Of a stretch of 64,000 bases of DNA, positions 10,456-19,644 are shown piece by piece. The position numbers and the translations under genes were made by a program. The stretch is from Candidatus Latescibacterota bacterium (GTDB lineage Bacteria; Latescibacterota; UBA2968; UBA8231), in assembly GCA_965208105.1 (NCBI GenBank), contig OZ242318.1:544001-608000 (forward strand), written 5' to 3'. The notes beneath the pieces are model-generated. The model was not told the origin of the DNA. It searched no databases and worked only from the letters and a program-made list of their open reading frames with translations. The stretch's first letter is position 1; every line of letters starts with the position of its first letter.

Positions 10456-12018
10456 CTATACCTGGTAGGCGAACACCTTGGCGCGGAACATCCTGATCCG
10501 CATGCAGATGGTATCTCCCACGCTGGAGATGTCGCTCCGTCCGTTCCAGGTCACGACCTTCTCGCTTTCGTCACCGAGGATCCAGTCACATTCCGCAAAA
10601 GTCAGGCCCGGCCTACCCTCTGCATCGGGGTATTTTCGCGACGGCACCGAATTCAGCACCTCCACCTTGATCCACCCTCCGTTCTCGCAGCGATAGTTCA
10701 GGCGCAGCTCGCTCCTGGTGCGCCTGAGGGTCGGAACCGTGAAACGCCCCTCGGTTGCAGCGGCGATGCCGCAGAACCGCAGCGGCTCCCAGCGCGCCCA
10801 GCGCATCTGCAGCGGTTCCCGGTCCATCGGCATGCCCGGATGGAACCCATTGTGCAGACTGGTGCCTCCGACAAACGGCACCGCCCAGAAACCGTCCGGC
10901 AGCTCCACAATCCCTCCCTGGGCATATACCGCGCCTTCGCATCCGCTTCCCGCCGCACCGACGGGTACCGCCGCCCGGCGCTCGGGGCGGTCCCAGATAA
11001 GGCCGTCGCGGCTGAATGCGATCTGGTTGTCCACGTGGCCGCTGATCTGATCGAAGACGTGCACCAGCATGCAGTGAATCCCCATGCTGCCAGGGAAGGG
11101 AAAGTAGAATCCACCGTAGAACGATACCTGGGGCCCGTCGTGGGCATCGGGATGGAGAACCAGCTTGGGCGGCGGCCAATCGCAGAAATCACGGGTGCGG
11201 GTAAAGCCTATGCAGCGCCGAGCCGAGTCCCGCTCCGGAGTACTGTGGGCAAGGGTCTGAAACTCGCCCTGCTCCAATCCATGCACCCGGACATAGGTAA
11301 AGTAGGTGCTGGTCTCCGGCTCGAAGGTGGGATTGCCTCCGGTCCCGTCGGAGGGCATGTTGGCGACGGGGCGCTCGATCGGGGTCCAGTGCATGGCGTC
11401 GGGGGAGGTATAACCGCGGACAAACGCCCGCATCACCATCCGTGGCCCCTTGTAGTCACTTCCCCCGAACTGCATCTCTCCCATGCGCTTCAGACCTTCT
11501 TCGCCCTCCAGCTCCTCCCCCGTGTCCGGGTCGAACATGCCTGCCACTTCCACCATTCCCTTGAAGCGCTCCCGGGGTGGAGCATGGGGGTCCTTCATCA
11601 CGGGGCCGACGCACTGGTCGCAGATCAGGTTGTTCCTGGTCGAACCCCCGAACTCGATCCTGCCGATTTCTGGCAGAGTCCAGTCGTAGCCGTCCTCGCT
11701 TTGAGCGTAGGCGGTGCCACCGGTGTCGCGGTAGAGGATGCGGTAGAGGCCATCCTCCTTCCACGCGTACAGCGGCAGCAGTCCCCCCTGGCGATCGGAT
11801 GTCTCGGCAAAGAGCACCGGTGAGACCTTCGCCTCCTCCACCTGCAGCCGAATTCCGGCCGGAGAATCGAAAAGCCCGAACTGGCCGTGGCGGTCCTTCC
11901 AGCGGTTTCCCGCATAAACGTCGAACCAGTCGATCAGGGGATGCCATTCTCCCGAGTTTTCCCTGGCCTCGCGCCCGAACGGCGCTCCCGGCAGCATAAC
12001 TTTCTCTTTTTCGGTCAC
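10456..12018 (-). CDS. Hypothetical beta-propeller protein, GH32/GH43-clan glycoside hydrolase-like
   Basis: Asp-box-like YAQSEDGYDW, TSPDAMHW, FSRDGLIW and a C-terminal beta-sandwich. GTG start at 12018 preceded by an AGGAG RBS. Confidence 0.65.
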   Translation of the reverse strand: MTEKEKVMLPGAPFGREARENSGEWHPLIDWFDVYAGNRWKDRHGQFGLFDSPAGIRLQVEEAKVSPVLFAETSDRQGGLLPLYAWKEDGLYRILYRDTGGTAYAQSEDGYDWTLPEIGRIEFGGSTRNNLICDQCVGPVMKDPHAPPRERFKGMVEVAGMFDPDTGEELEGEEGLKRMGEMQFGGSDYKGPRMVMRAFVRGYTSPDAMHWTPIERPVANMPSDGTGGNPTFEPETSTYFTYVRVHGLEQGEFQTLAHSTPERDSARRCIGFTRTRDFCDWPPPKLVLHPDAHDGPQVSFYGGFYFPFPGSMGIHCMLVHVFDQISGHVDNQIAFSRDGLIWDRPERRAAVPVGAAGSGCEGAVYAQGGIVELPDGFWAVPFVGGTSLHNGFHPGMPMDREPLQMRWARWEPLRFCGIAAATEGRFTVPTLRRTRSELRLNYRCENGGWIKVEVLNSVPSRKYPDAEGRPGLTFAECDWILGDESEKVVTWNGRSDISSVGDTICMRIRMFRAKVFAYQV

Positions 12019-12047
12019 GATTTCTCCTGGTTTCCGGGAAGCCGGTG

Positions 12048-13307
12048 TCAGTTCCGGCGCTGAAGAATGGCGAAGTGGACCTCGGAGTAATCCCGGGAGA
12101 AGCAGCCGGTTCCCTTGACCCCGCGGGTCCAGGTCAGCGCCGGCGCCTCGGGCGCCTCCTGGTGAAAGCTCGAAACCATCTCCAGGGAGGGCTGCCAGCA
12201 GGGCAGCCGATCTCCGCGCCTGGAGATCTGGCTGGCGCTGAAGTTGCGCCCGCCGTCCTCCGAAAACAGGAGCACCACCTCGGCGCCATCCGATCCCCAA
12301 TCGCCCACCTTAGCCGATGTCTGCAGGGCGATGTAGAGGCCGCCGTGGCGATCGAAGGTGAGCGTGCCGTCGGCGGCGATGAACCCCTCCGGCCTGACCT
12401 GGCGCACCTCCTCCAGAAGGAGCCTCCTGTTCCAGCAGCGGCCATCGTGCCACAGGAGCAGGGCGTCGCCGTCCTCCCGGTCCACTACGATGGTGTAGGG
12501 GCGGTCGCTGCTGTCGCATGCCACGTTGGTGACCCTGATGTATCCCTGCTCCACCTCTTCGAGGACCTCGAAAGTATTCTTTCCAGTTGGAATGGGAACC
12601 TGCTCGCCGTCGCTTCTGGTCCAGGTGGATCCGGCGCTTTCGGAGCGCAGATAGCCGACCCGAAGACCGCGCTCGACCGGGTGTCCTTCAATCATGTGAA
12701 AAACCATGTGAATACGGTTGCGGCGGTCGATGCACAGCGAGTTGCCGTACTGGGTGTAGCCGTAGGGCTCCTCGGTGCGCACGAGCTCGGCGGCGGGCAG
12801 CCAGTCTCCCCCCTCTGCGCGGGCGCGCTGGTACATCAGGTGGGAAGCGGGGGCGTGCTCCATCCATTCGACCTTGGAGGCGCAGCCGCGGTAGGCCAGG
12901 TGCAACTGGTCGTCGCGGTCGCAGACGAGGCTGGGATAGGTGGGCCCGTCGCCGACGGGCCTGTAGTGCTGCCACTCCGACTGATCCATCGGGTCGCGGC
13001 TTCGGCGGTGTTGAAAGGGACTGAAGCCATGGGAACCGGTGACCACGTGGAGGTAGCCGGAACTGTCCATGGCGAGGGCGGGACCGCAGTGATTGTCCAC
13101 CCCGCAGCCCACGGTGTCGGTGTCGCTCCAGTCGCCGGTGGCGCGGTCGAGGGTTTTGATCTGGTTGGCGGCGAGATAATCCTGCCAGGTGACGAAGGTC
13201 CTGCCCTCCTGGGTCAGGATCTTGCTGGTCCAGTTGTAGAGGGTCGCCCTGGTGGATCCTCTCGTCGAAAGGAGGGTGTGGGAAACAAGGTCTACGGCCG
13301 TGGACAT
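12048..13307 (-). CDS. BNR-4 repeat-containing (Asp-box) propeller protein
   Basis: DNHCGPALAMDSSGYLHVVTGSH, PTYPSL, SESAGSTW, SEDGGRNF. Confidence 0.75.
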   Translation of the reverse strand: MSTAVDLVSHTLLSTRGSTRATLYNWTSKILTQEGRTFVTWQDYLAANQIKTLDRATGDWSDTDTVGCGVDNHCGPALAMDSSGYLHVVTGSHGFSPFQHRRSRDPMDQSEWQHYRPVGDGPTYPSLVCDRDDQLHLAYRGCASKVEWMEHAPASHLMYQRARAEGGDWLPAAELVRTEEPYGYTQYGNSLCIDRRNRIHMVFHMIEGHPVERGLRVGYLRSESAGSTWTRSDGEQVPIPTGKNTFEVLEEVEQGYIRVTNVACDSSDRPYTIVVDREDGDALLLWHDGRCWNRRLLLEEVRQVRPEGFIAADGTLTFDRHGGLYIALQTSAKVGDWGSDGAEVVLLFSEDGGRNFSASQISRRGDRLPCWQPSLEMVSSFHQEAPEAPALTWTRGVKGTGCFSRDYSEVHFAILQRRN

Positions 13308-13573
13308 GGGCTCAACTCCTGGGCAGCGGGGCGGTTGAGTGGTGGCTGCGGACCAGCCCCGCGGCCTGGAACAGGTAAGGTATCAACCCATACCAGGCAA
13401 GCGGGCAATACCGGAAGCAGGGGAATTATACAGGCAGCATTACACCTGGTCAAGGAGATGGGGCCGGTGGTCCGCACATTCAGGGAGAGGTAGCCCCGCA
13501 TCTTGCAGCCGGGTTGGGGCCTGGGTATTTTACCCCTTCCCGCACACCCGATAGAGGACAGAGGAAAGAGGAA

Positions 13574-15373
13574 ATGTCTGATTTTACCACCCGACCGGTC
13601 ATCATGGGCACCCGCGGGCTCGTTGCCTCGGGCCACTACCTGGCCACCGCCGCCGGCTTCCGGATCATGGAGCAGGGTGGCAACGCCATCGACGCGGCGG
13701 CGGCCATGTGCTTCTGCCTCAATCTCCTCGAGCCCCAGAGCAACGGCATCGGTGGAGAGGTCCCGACCCTTGTCTTCTCCGCCGAGGAGAATAAGGCATT
13801 TGCCGTCAGCGGCATGGGCTGGTCGCCCATGGCCTTCACCACGGACTGGTGCCGCGAGCACGGCATCGACCTCATTCCGGGAGACGGCTACCTGCCGGCC
13901 TGCGTCCCAGCGGTGGTGGGAACCTGGGCAGTGGCGGTGGCGCGCTTCGGCACCATGAGCTTCGCCCAGGTCCTGCAGCCGGCCATCGAGCTGGCCCGAA
14001 ACGGGTTTCCGATATACCCGGGCCTGCACCAGACGCTGGCGAATCTGCAGGCCAGGTTCACAGAGCGCTATCCCACCAGCGCCGAGATCTACTGCCCGGG
14101 GGGAAGGGTGCCGCAGGTCGGCGAGATCCTGCGCAACGCCGACCTGGCGGGGGTCCTGGAGCAGATGTGCAGAGCAGAGGAAGGGGCGGGGCACAAGGGC
14201 CGGGTTGCCGGGATCGAGGCGGCCTGCGCCATGTTCTACCGGGGTGAGATCGCCGCCGCCATGGTCGATTTCATCAGCGCCAATCCGGTGGAGGACGCCA
14301 GCGGCTCGGCCCACGCGGGGCTGCTCTCCTGCGATGATTTGGCGGCGTGGGAGGCCCGGGTGGAGGATCCCCTCGTCTTCAACTATCGCGGCCTGGACGT
14401 CTGCAAGTGCCCGTCGTGGACCCAGGGACCGGTGTTCCTGCAGCAGCTGGCCATGCTGCAGGGATTCGATCTGCAAGAAATGGGCCACAACTCCACCGAG
14501 TATCTGCACACCTGCATCGAGTGCGCCAAGCTCGCCTATGCCGACCGCGAGGCCTACTACGGTGACCCGGTCTTCGACGAAGTCCCCCTGGATGTCCTGC
14601 TGTCACCGGAATACGGCGCTGAGCGGCGCCAGCTTATAGGAGCCGAGGCTTCCGGACTGATGCGGCCGGGCGACACCGGGGGCGGGGTGCCCTCCCATGC
14701 ACTGGAGGAGGTGGCCGATGACAACCGCCGCGCCCTGGAGCTGGAGGCGCGCCAGGTGCGCGACCTCGGCATAGGCCATGCCCACATGGGGGACACCACC
14801 CATCTGGACGCCGTGGACCGGCAGGGCAACATGGTGGCGGCGACCCCGAGCGGAGGCTGGATCGGAACTTCCCCCGTGATCGAAGGACTGGGATTCCCGC
14901 TGGGCACGCGGGGACAGATGTTCTACCTCAACCCCCGGCGGCCCAACGCCCTCGAGCCGCGCAAGCGCCCGCGTGCCACCCTGACCCCTTCCCTGGTGTT
15001 GCGGGACGGACAACCCTTCATGGTTTTCGGCACCCCGGGCGGCGATATCCAGGACCAGGTGACCCTGCAGTTTTTCCTGAACTACGTCGAGTTCGGCATG
15101 AACCTCCAGGAGGCCCTGGACGCGCCGACGGCCTACACCGCCCACTTCCCCTCTTCCTTCTATCCGCGCCGGGCATTTCCCGGAAAGGTCGTGGTCGAGG
15201 GGCGAATCGATCCCGGGGTGGTCGCCGGGCTGGCACGCCGCGGCCACCAGGTAGAGGTGGGAGGCGACTGGTCACAGGGCAAGGTCATGGGTATCCGCTG
15301 CGACCGCGACCGCGGGGTCATGGAGGGAGGGGTGTCCCCCAGGGGCAACATTGGCTACGCCCTGGGCTGGTAG
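13574..15373 (+). CDS. Gamma-glutamyltransferase family protein (cytoplasmic, no signal peptide)
   Basis: GGNAIDAAAA, NGIGGE, KLAYADRE, catalytic DTTHL, KRPRATLTP, FGTPGGD. Confidence 0.92.
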   Translation: MSDFTTRPVIMGTRGLVASGHYLATAAGFRIMEQGGNAIDAAAAMCFCLNLLEPQSNGIGGEVPTLVFSAEENKAFAVSGMGWSPMAFTTDWCREHGIDLIPGDGYLPACVPAVVGTWAVAVARFGTMSFAQVLQPAIELARNGFPIYPGLHQTLANLQARFTERYPTSAEIYCPGGRVPQVGEILRNADLAGVLEQMCRAEEGAGHKGRVAGIEAACAMFYRGEIAAAMVDFISANPVEDASGSAHAGLLSCDDLAAWEARVEDPLVFNYRGLDVCKCPSWTQGPVFLQQLAMLQGFDLQEMGHNSTEYLHTCIECAKLAYADREAYYGDPVFDEVPLDVLLSPEYGAERRQLIGAEASGLMRPGDTGGGVPSHALEEVADDNRRALELEARQVRDLGIGHAHMGDTTHLDAVDRQGNMVAATPSGGWIGTSPVIEGLGFPLGTRGQMFYLNPRRPNALEPRKRPRATLTPSLVLRDGQPFMVFGTPGGDIQDQVTLQFFLNYVEFGMNLQEALDAPTAYTAHFPSSFYPRRAFPGKVVVEGRIDPGVVAGLARRGHQVEVGGDWSQGKVMGIRCDRDRGVMEGGVSPRGNIGYALGW

Positions 15374-15381
15374 GGCGAGGC

Positions 15382-15410
15382 TTGACAGTACGGGAAGTTG
15401 GATCTAATTT
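15382..15410 (+). promoter_or_regulatory. Sigma70-type promoter for the thrS leader
   Basis: TTGACA (15382-87), 17 bp spacer, TAATTT (15405-10). Confidence 0.6.
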
Positions 15411-15447
15411 TTTGAGGATTGTCACTCAACCTGGAGGTATCCTTCCG

Positions 15448-15576
15448 ATGTTCGCTCTCTCTCCGGTCGCGCCGCCCCCGTCCTGGCAGCGCTTGGTTGT
15501 CGCCCCGGCGGAGGCGTCGTCTGCCCCATCCACCTCCCGCCTCGCAACTGCGACGTCATACCCTGGAGACAGCTGA
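15448..15576 (+). CDS. Putative thrS leader peptide (42 aa)
   Basis: GGAGGT RBS at 15433-38. Peptide MFALSPVAPPPSWQRLVVAPAEASSAPSTSRLATATSYPGDS*, with three Thr codons near its end, upstream of an intrinsic terminator. Confidence 0.5.
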   Translation: MFALSPVAPPPSWQRLVVAPAEASSAPSTSRLATATSYPGDS

Positions 15577-15609
15577 ACTGGACAGACTATCTTTTGCATC
15601 GGTCATTTC

Positions 15610-15642
15610 GAGCCCACTGTCTTGCGGCAGTGGGCTCTTTTT
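15610..15642 (+). terminator. Intrinsic terminator/attenuator in the thrS 5' leader
   Basis: GAGCCCACTG-tcttgcgg-CAGTGGGCTC, a perfect 10-bp stem followed by TTTTT, ending about 26 nt before the thrS ATG. Confidence 0.8.
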
Positions 15643-15668
15643 GGTTTTGAACCGCCTGGAGAAACGAA

Positions 15669-17591
15669 ATGATTATCATACTTCCTGAAGGAAAAAGGCT
15701 GGAGCACGAGGGCGGCGGCACGCTGAAGGAAATCCTGCTCGCCGAAGACAGAAAGCTGCTCAAGTCCTTCGTCGGCGCCCTGCGCGGCGGCGAGCGCATC
15801 GATTTTCACGCCCACCTGCCGGCCGATGCCGAGGTGGAACTGATTCCCTGGGACGGCGAGGAGGCGGCATGGATCTTCCGTCACAGCATGGCCCACGTCC
15901 TCGCCCAGGCCGTCCTGCGCCTCTTTCCCGCCGCCAGGCTGGCCATAGGTCCGGCCATCGCCGACGGCTTCTACTACGATTTTGACGTGGACACTCCTTT
16001 CACCCCGGAGGATTTGCGGAGGATCGAAAAGGAGATGAAGCGGGTCGTCAGGGAAAACCACAAGTTCGAGCGCTCTGAAGTAACCCGGGAAGAGGCCCGG
16101 TCCCTGGTCGGCGACGACCCCTACAAAGTCGAGCTCCTCGCCGACATCGAGGAGGGCCAGCCCCTGTCCTTCTACCGCGACGGAGAATTCGTCGACCTCT
16201 GCCGCGGACCGCACATGCTGGGCACCGGCCAGATCAGGAACTTCAAGCTGCTCAGCGTCGCCGGCGCCTACTGGCGCGGAGACGAAAACCGCAAGATGCT
16301 GCAGCGCATATACGGAACAGCCTTCGCCACCCGCGAAGCCCTGGACCGCCATCTGCGCCTCTTGGAAGAAGCGAAGAAGCGCGACCACCGGCGGCTGGGC
16401 CAGGAGCTGGAGCTGTTCATCTTCGACGACGAGATTGGACCTGGCCTTCCCCTGTGGCAGCCGCGGGGGGCGGTGCTGATCGAAGAGCTGGAGCAGCTGG
16501 CCAAGGAGACCGAGCGCAATGCCGGCTACAAGCAGGTGCGCACTCCCCATATCTGCAAGGACGTGGTCTACGAGCGCACCGGCCACCTGCCCTACTACGC
16601 CGAATCCATGTACCCGCCCATGGAAATGGAGGGGGTGAAGTACTACCTGAAGCCGATGAACTGCCCACACCATCACAAGATCTATGCCTCCATGCCGCGC
16701 TCCTACCGCGATCTGCCCCTGCGGCTCTCCGAGTACGGCACCTGTTACCGCTACGAGAAGTCCGGGGAGCTCTTCGGTTTGATGAGGGTGCGCTCCATGC
16801 AGATGAACGACGCCCACATCTACTGCACGCTGGACCAGTTCGAGGAGGAATTTCTAGCCGTATGCCGCATGTACCTGGACTATTTCGAACTCCTGGGGAT
16901 CGACAAATACCTGATGCGCTTCAGCACCCACGACCCGGCAGGCCTCGGCAGGAAGTACGTGGACGAGCCCCGGTTGTGGAGGCGCACCGAGGACATGGTG
17001 CGGCACACTCTCGACAAGGGCGGCATCAACCATGTGGAGGTCGCCGGCGAGGCCGCCTTCTACGGTCCCAAGATCGATGTCGAGGTGTGGAGTGCCATCG
17101 GGCGCGAGTTCTCTCTTTCGACCAACCAGGTGGACTTCGCCGTGCCCAGGCGGGTCGGACTGGTCTATACCAATGACCGCGGCGAGGAGGAAACCCCCTT
17201 GTGCATCCACCGCGCCCTGCTGGGCACACACGAGCGCACCATCGGATTCTTGATCGAGCACTACGGCGGCGCTTTTCCGGTGTGGCTGGCGCCGGTACAG
17301 GCGGTGGTGCTGCCCATCGCCGCCCGCCATCAGGACTACGCCGGCCAGGTGCACCAGCAGTTGCTGGCCGCGAATGTCCGCGCCGAGATCGAGGGAGACA
17401 ATACTCTCAACTACCGCATCCGCCGCGCCCAGATGCTGAAGGTGCCCTACATGATGGTGGTCGGAGACCGCGAAATGGAGAAGGAACAGGTGTCCGTGCG
17501 CCTGCGCTCAGGCCAAAACCTGGAGGCCCGGTCCACCGCCGAGATCATCGCCATGATCGCCGGCAAGATAGCCGCGCGTGAGCAGAATTGA
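15669..17591 (+). CDS. thrS: Threonine--tRNA ligase
   Basis: RHSMAHVLAQA, DLCRGPH, GAYWRGD, RDHRRLG, LKPMNCPHH, EAAFYGPKID, IEHYGGAFPVWLAPVQ. Confidence 0.97.
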   Translation: MIIILPEGKRLEHEGGGTLKEILLAEDRKLLKSFVGALRGGERIDFHAHLPADAEVELIPWDGEEAAWIFRHSMAHVLAQAVLRLFPAARLAIGPAIADGFYYDFDVDTPFTPEDLRRIEKEMKRVVRENHKFERSEVTREEARSLVGDDPYKVELLADIEEGQPLSFYRDGEFVDLCRGPHMLGTGQIRNFKLLSVAGAYWRGDENRKMLQRIYGTAFATREALDRHLRLLEEAKKRDHRRLGQELELFIFDDEIGPGLPLWQPRGAVLIEELEQLAKETERNAGYKQVRTPHICKDVVYERTGHLPYYAESMYPPMEMEGVKYYLKPMNCPHHHKIYASMPRSYRDLPLRLSEYGTCYRYEKSGELFGLMRVRSMQMNDAHIYCTLDQFEEEFLAVCRMYLDYFELLGIDKYLMRFSTHDPAGLGRKYVDEPRLWRRTEDMVRHTLDKGGINHVEVAGEAAFYGPKIDVEVWSAIGREFSLSTNQVDFAVPRRVGLVYTNDRGEEETPLCIHRALLGTHERTIGFLIEHYGGAFPVWLAPVQAVVLPIAARHQDYAGQVHQQLLAANVRAEIEGDNTLNYRIRRAQMLKVPYMMVVGDREMEKEQVSVRLRSGQNLEARSTAEIIAMIAGKIAAREQN

Positions 17592-17772
17592 GAGGGCCGC
17601 GCCTTCATCGGGGTACTTCCGCCGGAGCGGCTGAGTCAGCTGGCACTTGCCCTGGGCAGATTAGCTCGAGCTCCATGCCCGCGAATCTACCGGGGACCTC
17701 CCAGGTCTTGTGCGGCTTTCCAGGTATCTCGACGGATCTTAGATTGATGCGAATACCCGCGGTTCCCCAGCC

Positions 17773-18843
17773 ATGAAGAGAGTCCCGTATTTTGCACCGC
17801 CGGACCTGCCTGCGCCGCAGCTGGTGAATCGGATCCTCAGCTTCGCCAGCTGCGCCGCGACCGCATGTGTTCTCGCCCTGGTGCTCATCTCCGGCACCCC
17901 CCTTCCCGGTCTCCCCTCCCCAACCGATGCGCAGGTCCTCACCCGGATCGCCCTCGGCTCGTGCAGCAAGGAAGACCTCGAGCAGCCCCTGTGGGAGGCC
18001 GTCCTCCGCAGCCAGCCGGAGCTGTGGATCTGGCTGGGAGACATCGTCTATGCAGACACCGAGGACATGGAGGTCATGCGCCGCAAATACGAGAGGCTGA
18101 AGCAACGTCCACAGTATCTATTGCTGCTGCGATCCTGTCCGGTGATAGGGGTCTGGGACGATCATGACTACGGCGAGAACAACGCCGGCAAGGACTACCT
18201 AAAAAAGGCGCAAAGCCAGCAGGTCCTGCTCGACTTCCTCGACGAGCCGGAGGACAGTCCCAGGCGGAGCCGGGAGGGAGTTTACGCCTCCTATACCTGG
18301 GGACCCGCGGGCAGGCAGGTAAAAACGATCCTCCTGGACACCCGCTACCACCGCGACCCGCCCGGAGTCGATGGTGACGTCCTGGGACCGGAGCAGTGGT
18401 CCTGGCTTGAGAAGGAACTGCTCAACAGCGATGCCCAGGTACATCTCATCGGATCCAGCATCCAGGTGCTGGCGGAGGAGCACCCCTACGAGAAGTGGGC
18501 GAATTTCCCCCGATCGAGAGAGAGGGTGCTGCAGTTGATCGGGAGCACCCGGGCAAAGGGGGTGATATTCCTCAGCGGAGACCGCCACATCGCCGAGATC
18601 GCCAGGTTGAACCACCCTGCCATTGACTACCCGCTCCACGAGCTTACCTCGAGCGGCATGACCCACAGCTATGCCAGCCTCCGGGACGAGCCCAACCGCC
18701 ATCGCCTGGGGACCTTCTTCAACCAGCTCAACTTCGGCCTCGTCGAAATCGACTGGCTGCCGGAGAAGGTGGCGGTTCACCTGCAGATCCGCGACCGCCA
18801 GGGCGCCGTCGCCCGACAGCAGATCATCGAGTGGGTGCGATGA
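17773..18843 (+). CDS. Alkaline phosphatase D (PhoD) family phosphodiesterase
   Basis: IALGSC, WLGDIVYAD, WDDHDYG, LLDTRYHR, LSGDRH, TSSGMTH. Hydrophobic N-terminus; start uncertain. Confidence 0.9.
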   Translation: MKRVPYFAPPDLPAPQLVNRILSFASCAATACVLALVLISGTPLPGLPSPTDAQVLTRIALGSCSKEDLEQPLWEAVLRSQPELWIWLGDIVYADTEDMEVMRRKYERLKQRPQYLLLLRSCPVIGVWDDHDYGENNAGKDYLKKAQSQQVLLDFLDEPEDSPRRSREGVYASYTWGPAGRQVKTILLDTRYHRDPPGVDGDVLGPEQWSWLEKELLNSDAQVHLIGSSIQVLAEEHPYEKWANFPRSRERVLQLIGSTRAKGVIFLSGDRHIAEIARLNHPAIDYPLHELTSSGMTHSYASLRDEPNRHRLGTFFNQLNFGLVEIDWLPEKVAVHLQIRDRQGAVARQQIIEWVR

Positions 18844-19550
18844 TGGCGGTGTTTCAGCGAATCCGCTCCGTTCTCGGCCTCTGTTGGCATTTCCGCTATT
18901 ACTTCGCGGCAGCCTTCCTGGCGCTGGCCTTCTGGGACACCCTGCTGATCAAGCCCTTCCGGCTCTTCGTGGTCCTCGTGCACGAGGTATGTCACGCCGC
19001 TGCCGCCCTCGCCACCGGAGGAGCGGTGATCGAGATGCGCACCAATCTGGACGAAAGCGGCCACACCCTTACCGAGGGCGGCTTCTTTCCCCTGATCAGC
19101 AGCGCCGGCTACGTGGGCTCCGCGCTGGCAGGGGCGTTGCTGATCTATACCGGGATCAGGCCCGGTTTGCAGCGCCTGGCCCTCGTCCTGGTGGGAGCGG
19201 CGTGCGCCGGCATGACCCTGGTTTACACACCTCGCGGAGGGGTGGATTTCTACCTGGGCATCTTCGGGGGCCTGGCCCTGGTGTTCCTTGCCCTGAAATC
19301 GCGGCGCGGAGCCCGGGCCGGTGCCGTGTGGATGGGGATCATGCTGTGCCTCTACAGCCTCCATGATTTTCGCACCGATCTGTGGCTTCACCCCGAAATG
19401 ACGGACGCCGGAATCCTGGCGCGCTATTGGGGCTGGTTCTGGGCCTGGCCCCTGGGACCCTACCTGGTCGCCGCGGTCTGGGTGGGGTTCTCCCTTTTCT
19501 GCATGTACCGCGCCATGCGCGCACTGGTCCGCCGGCAGGGCTCCCGCTGA
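18840..19550 (+). CDS. Peptidase M50B-like membrane metallopeptidase
   Basis: VLVHEVCHA (HExxH), SAGYVGS, TDA motif, multiple TM helices. Confidence 0.8.
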   Translation: MMAVFQRIRSVLGLCWHFRYYFAAAFLALAFWDTLLIKPFRLFVVLVHEVCHAAAALATGGAVIEMRTNLDESGHTLTEGGFFPLISSAGYVGSALAGALLIYTGIRPGLQRLALVLVGAACAGMTLVYTPRGGVDFYLGIFGGLALVFLALKSRRGARAGAVWMGIMLCLYSLHDFRTDLWLHPEMTDAGILARYWGWFWAWPLGPYLVAAVWVGFSLFCMYRAMRALVRRQGSR

Positions 19551-19644
19551 GACCGGCACGAGGCTCTTCCTTGACAGAGCAAGGCCGGGAAAGGAGCTTC
19601 CCCTGCTCCCGTGCACGACGGATAGAAAGCCTTGAGCCTGCACC

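Noticed and set aside
15420-15660. T-box riboswitch before thrS
   Set aside because: No GGTGG.ACC antiterminator bulge, AG-box or specifier stem recognisable; a leader-peptide model fits better.
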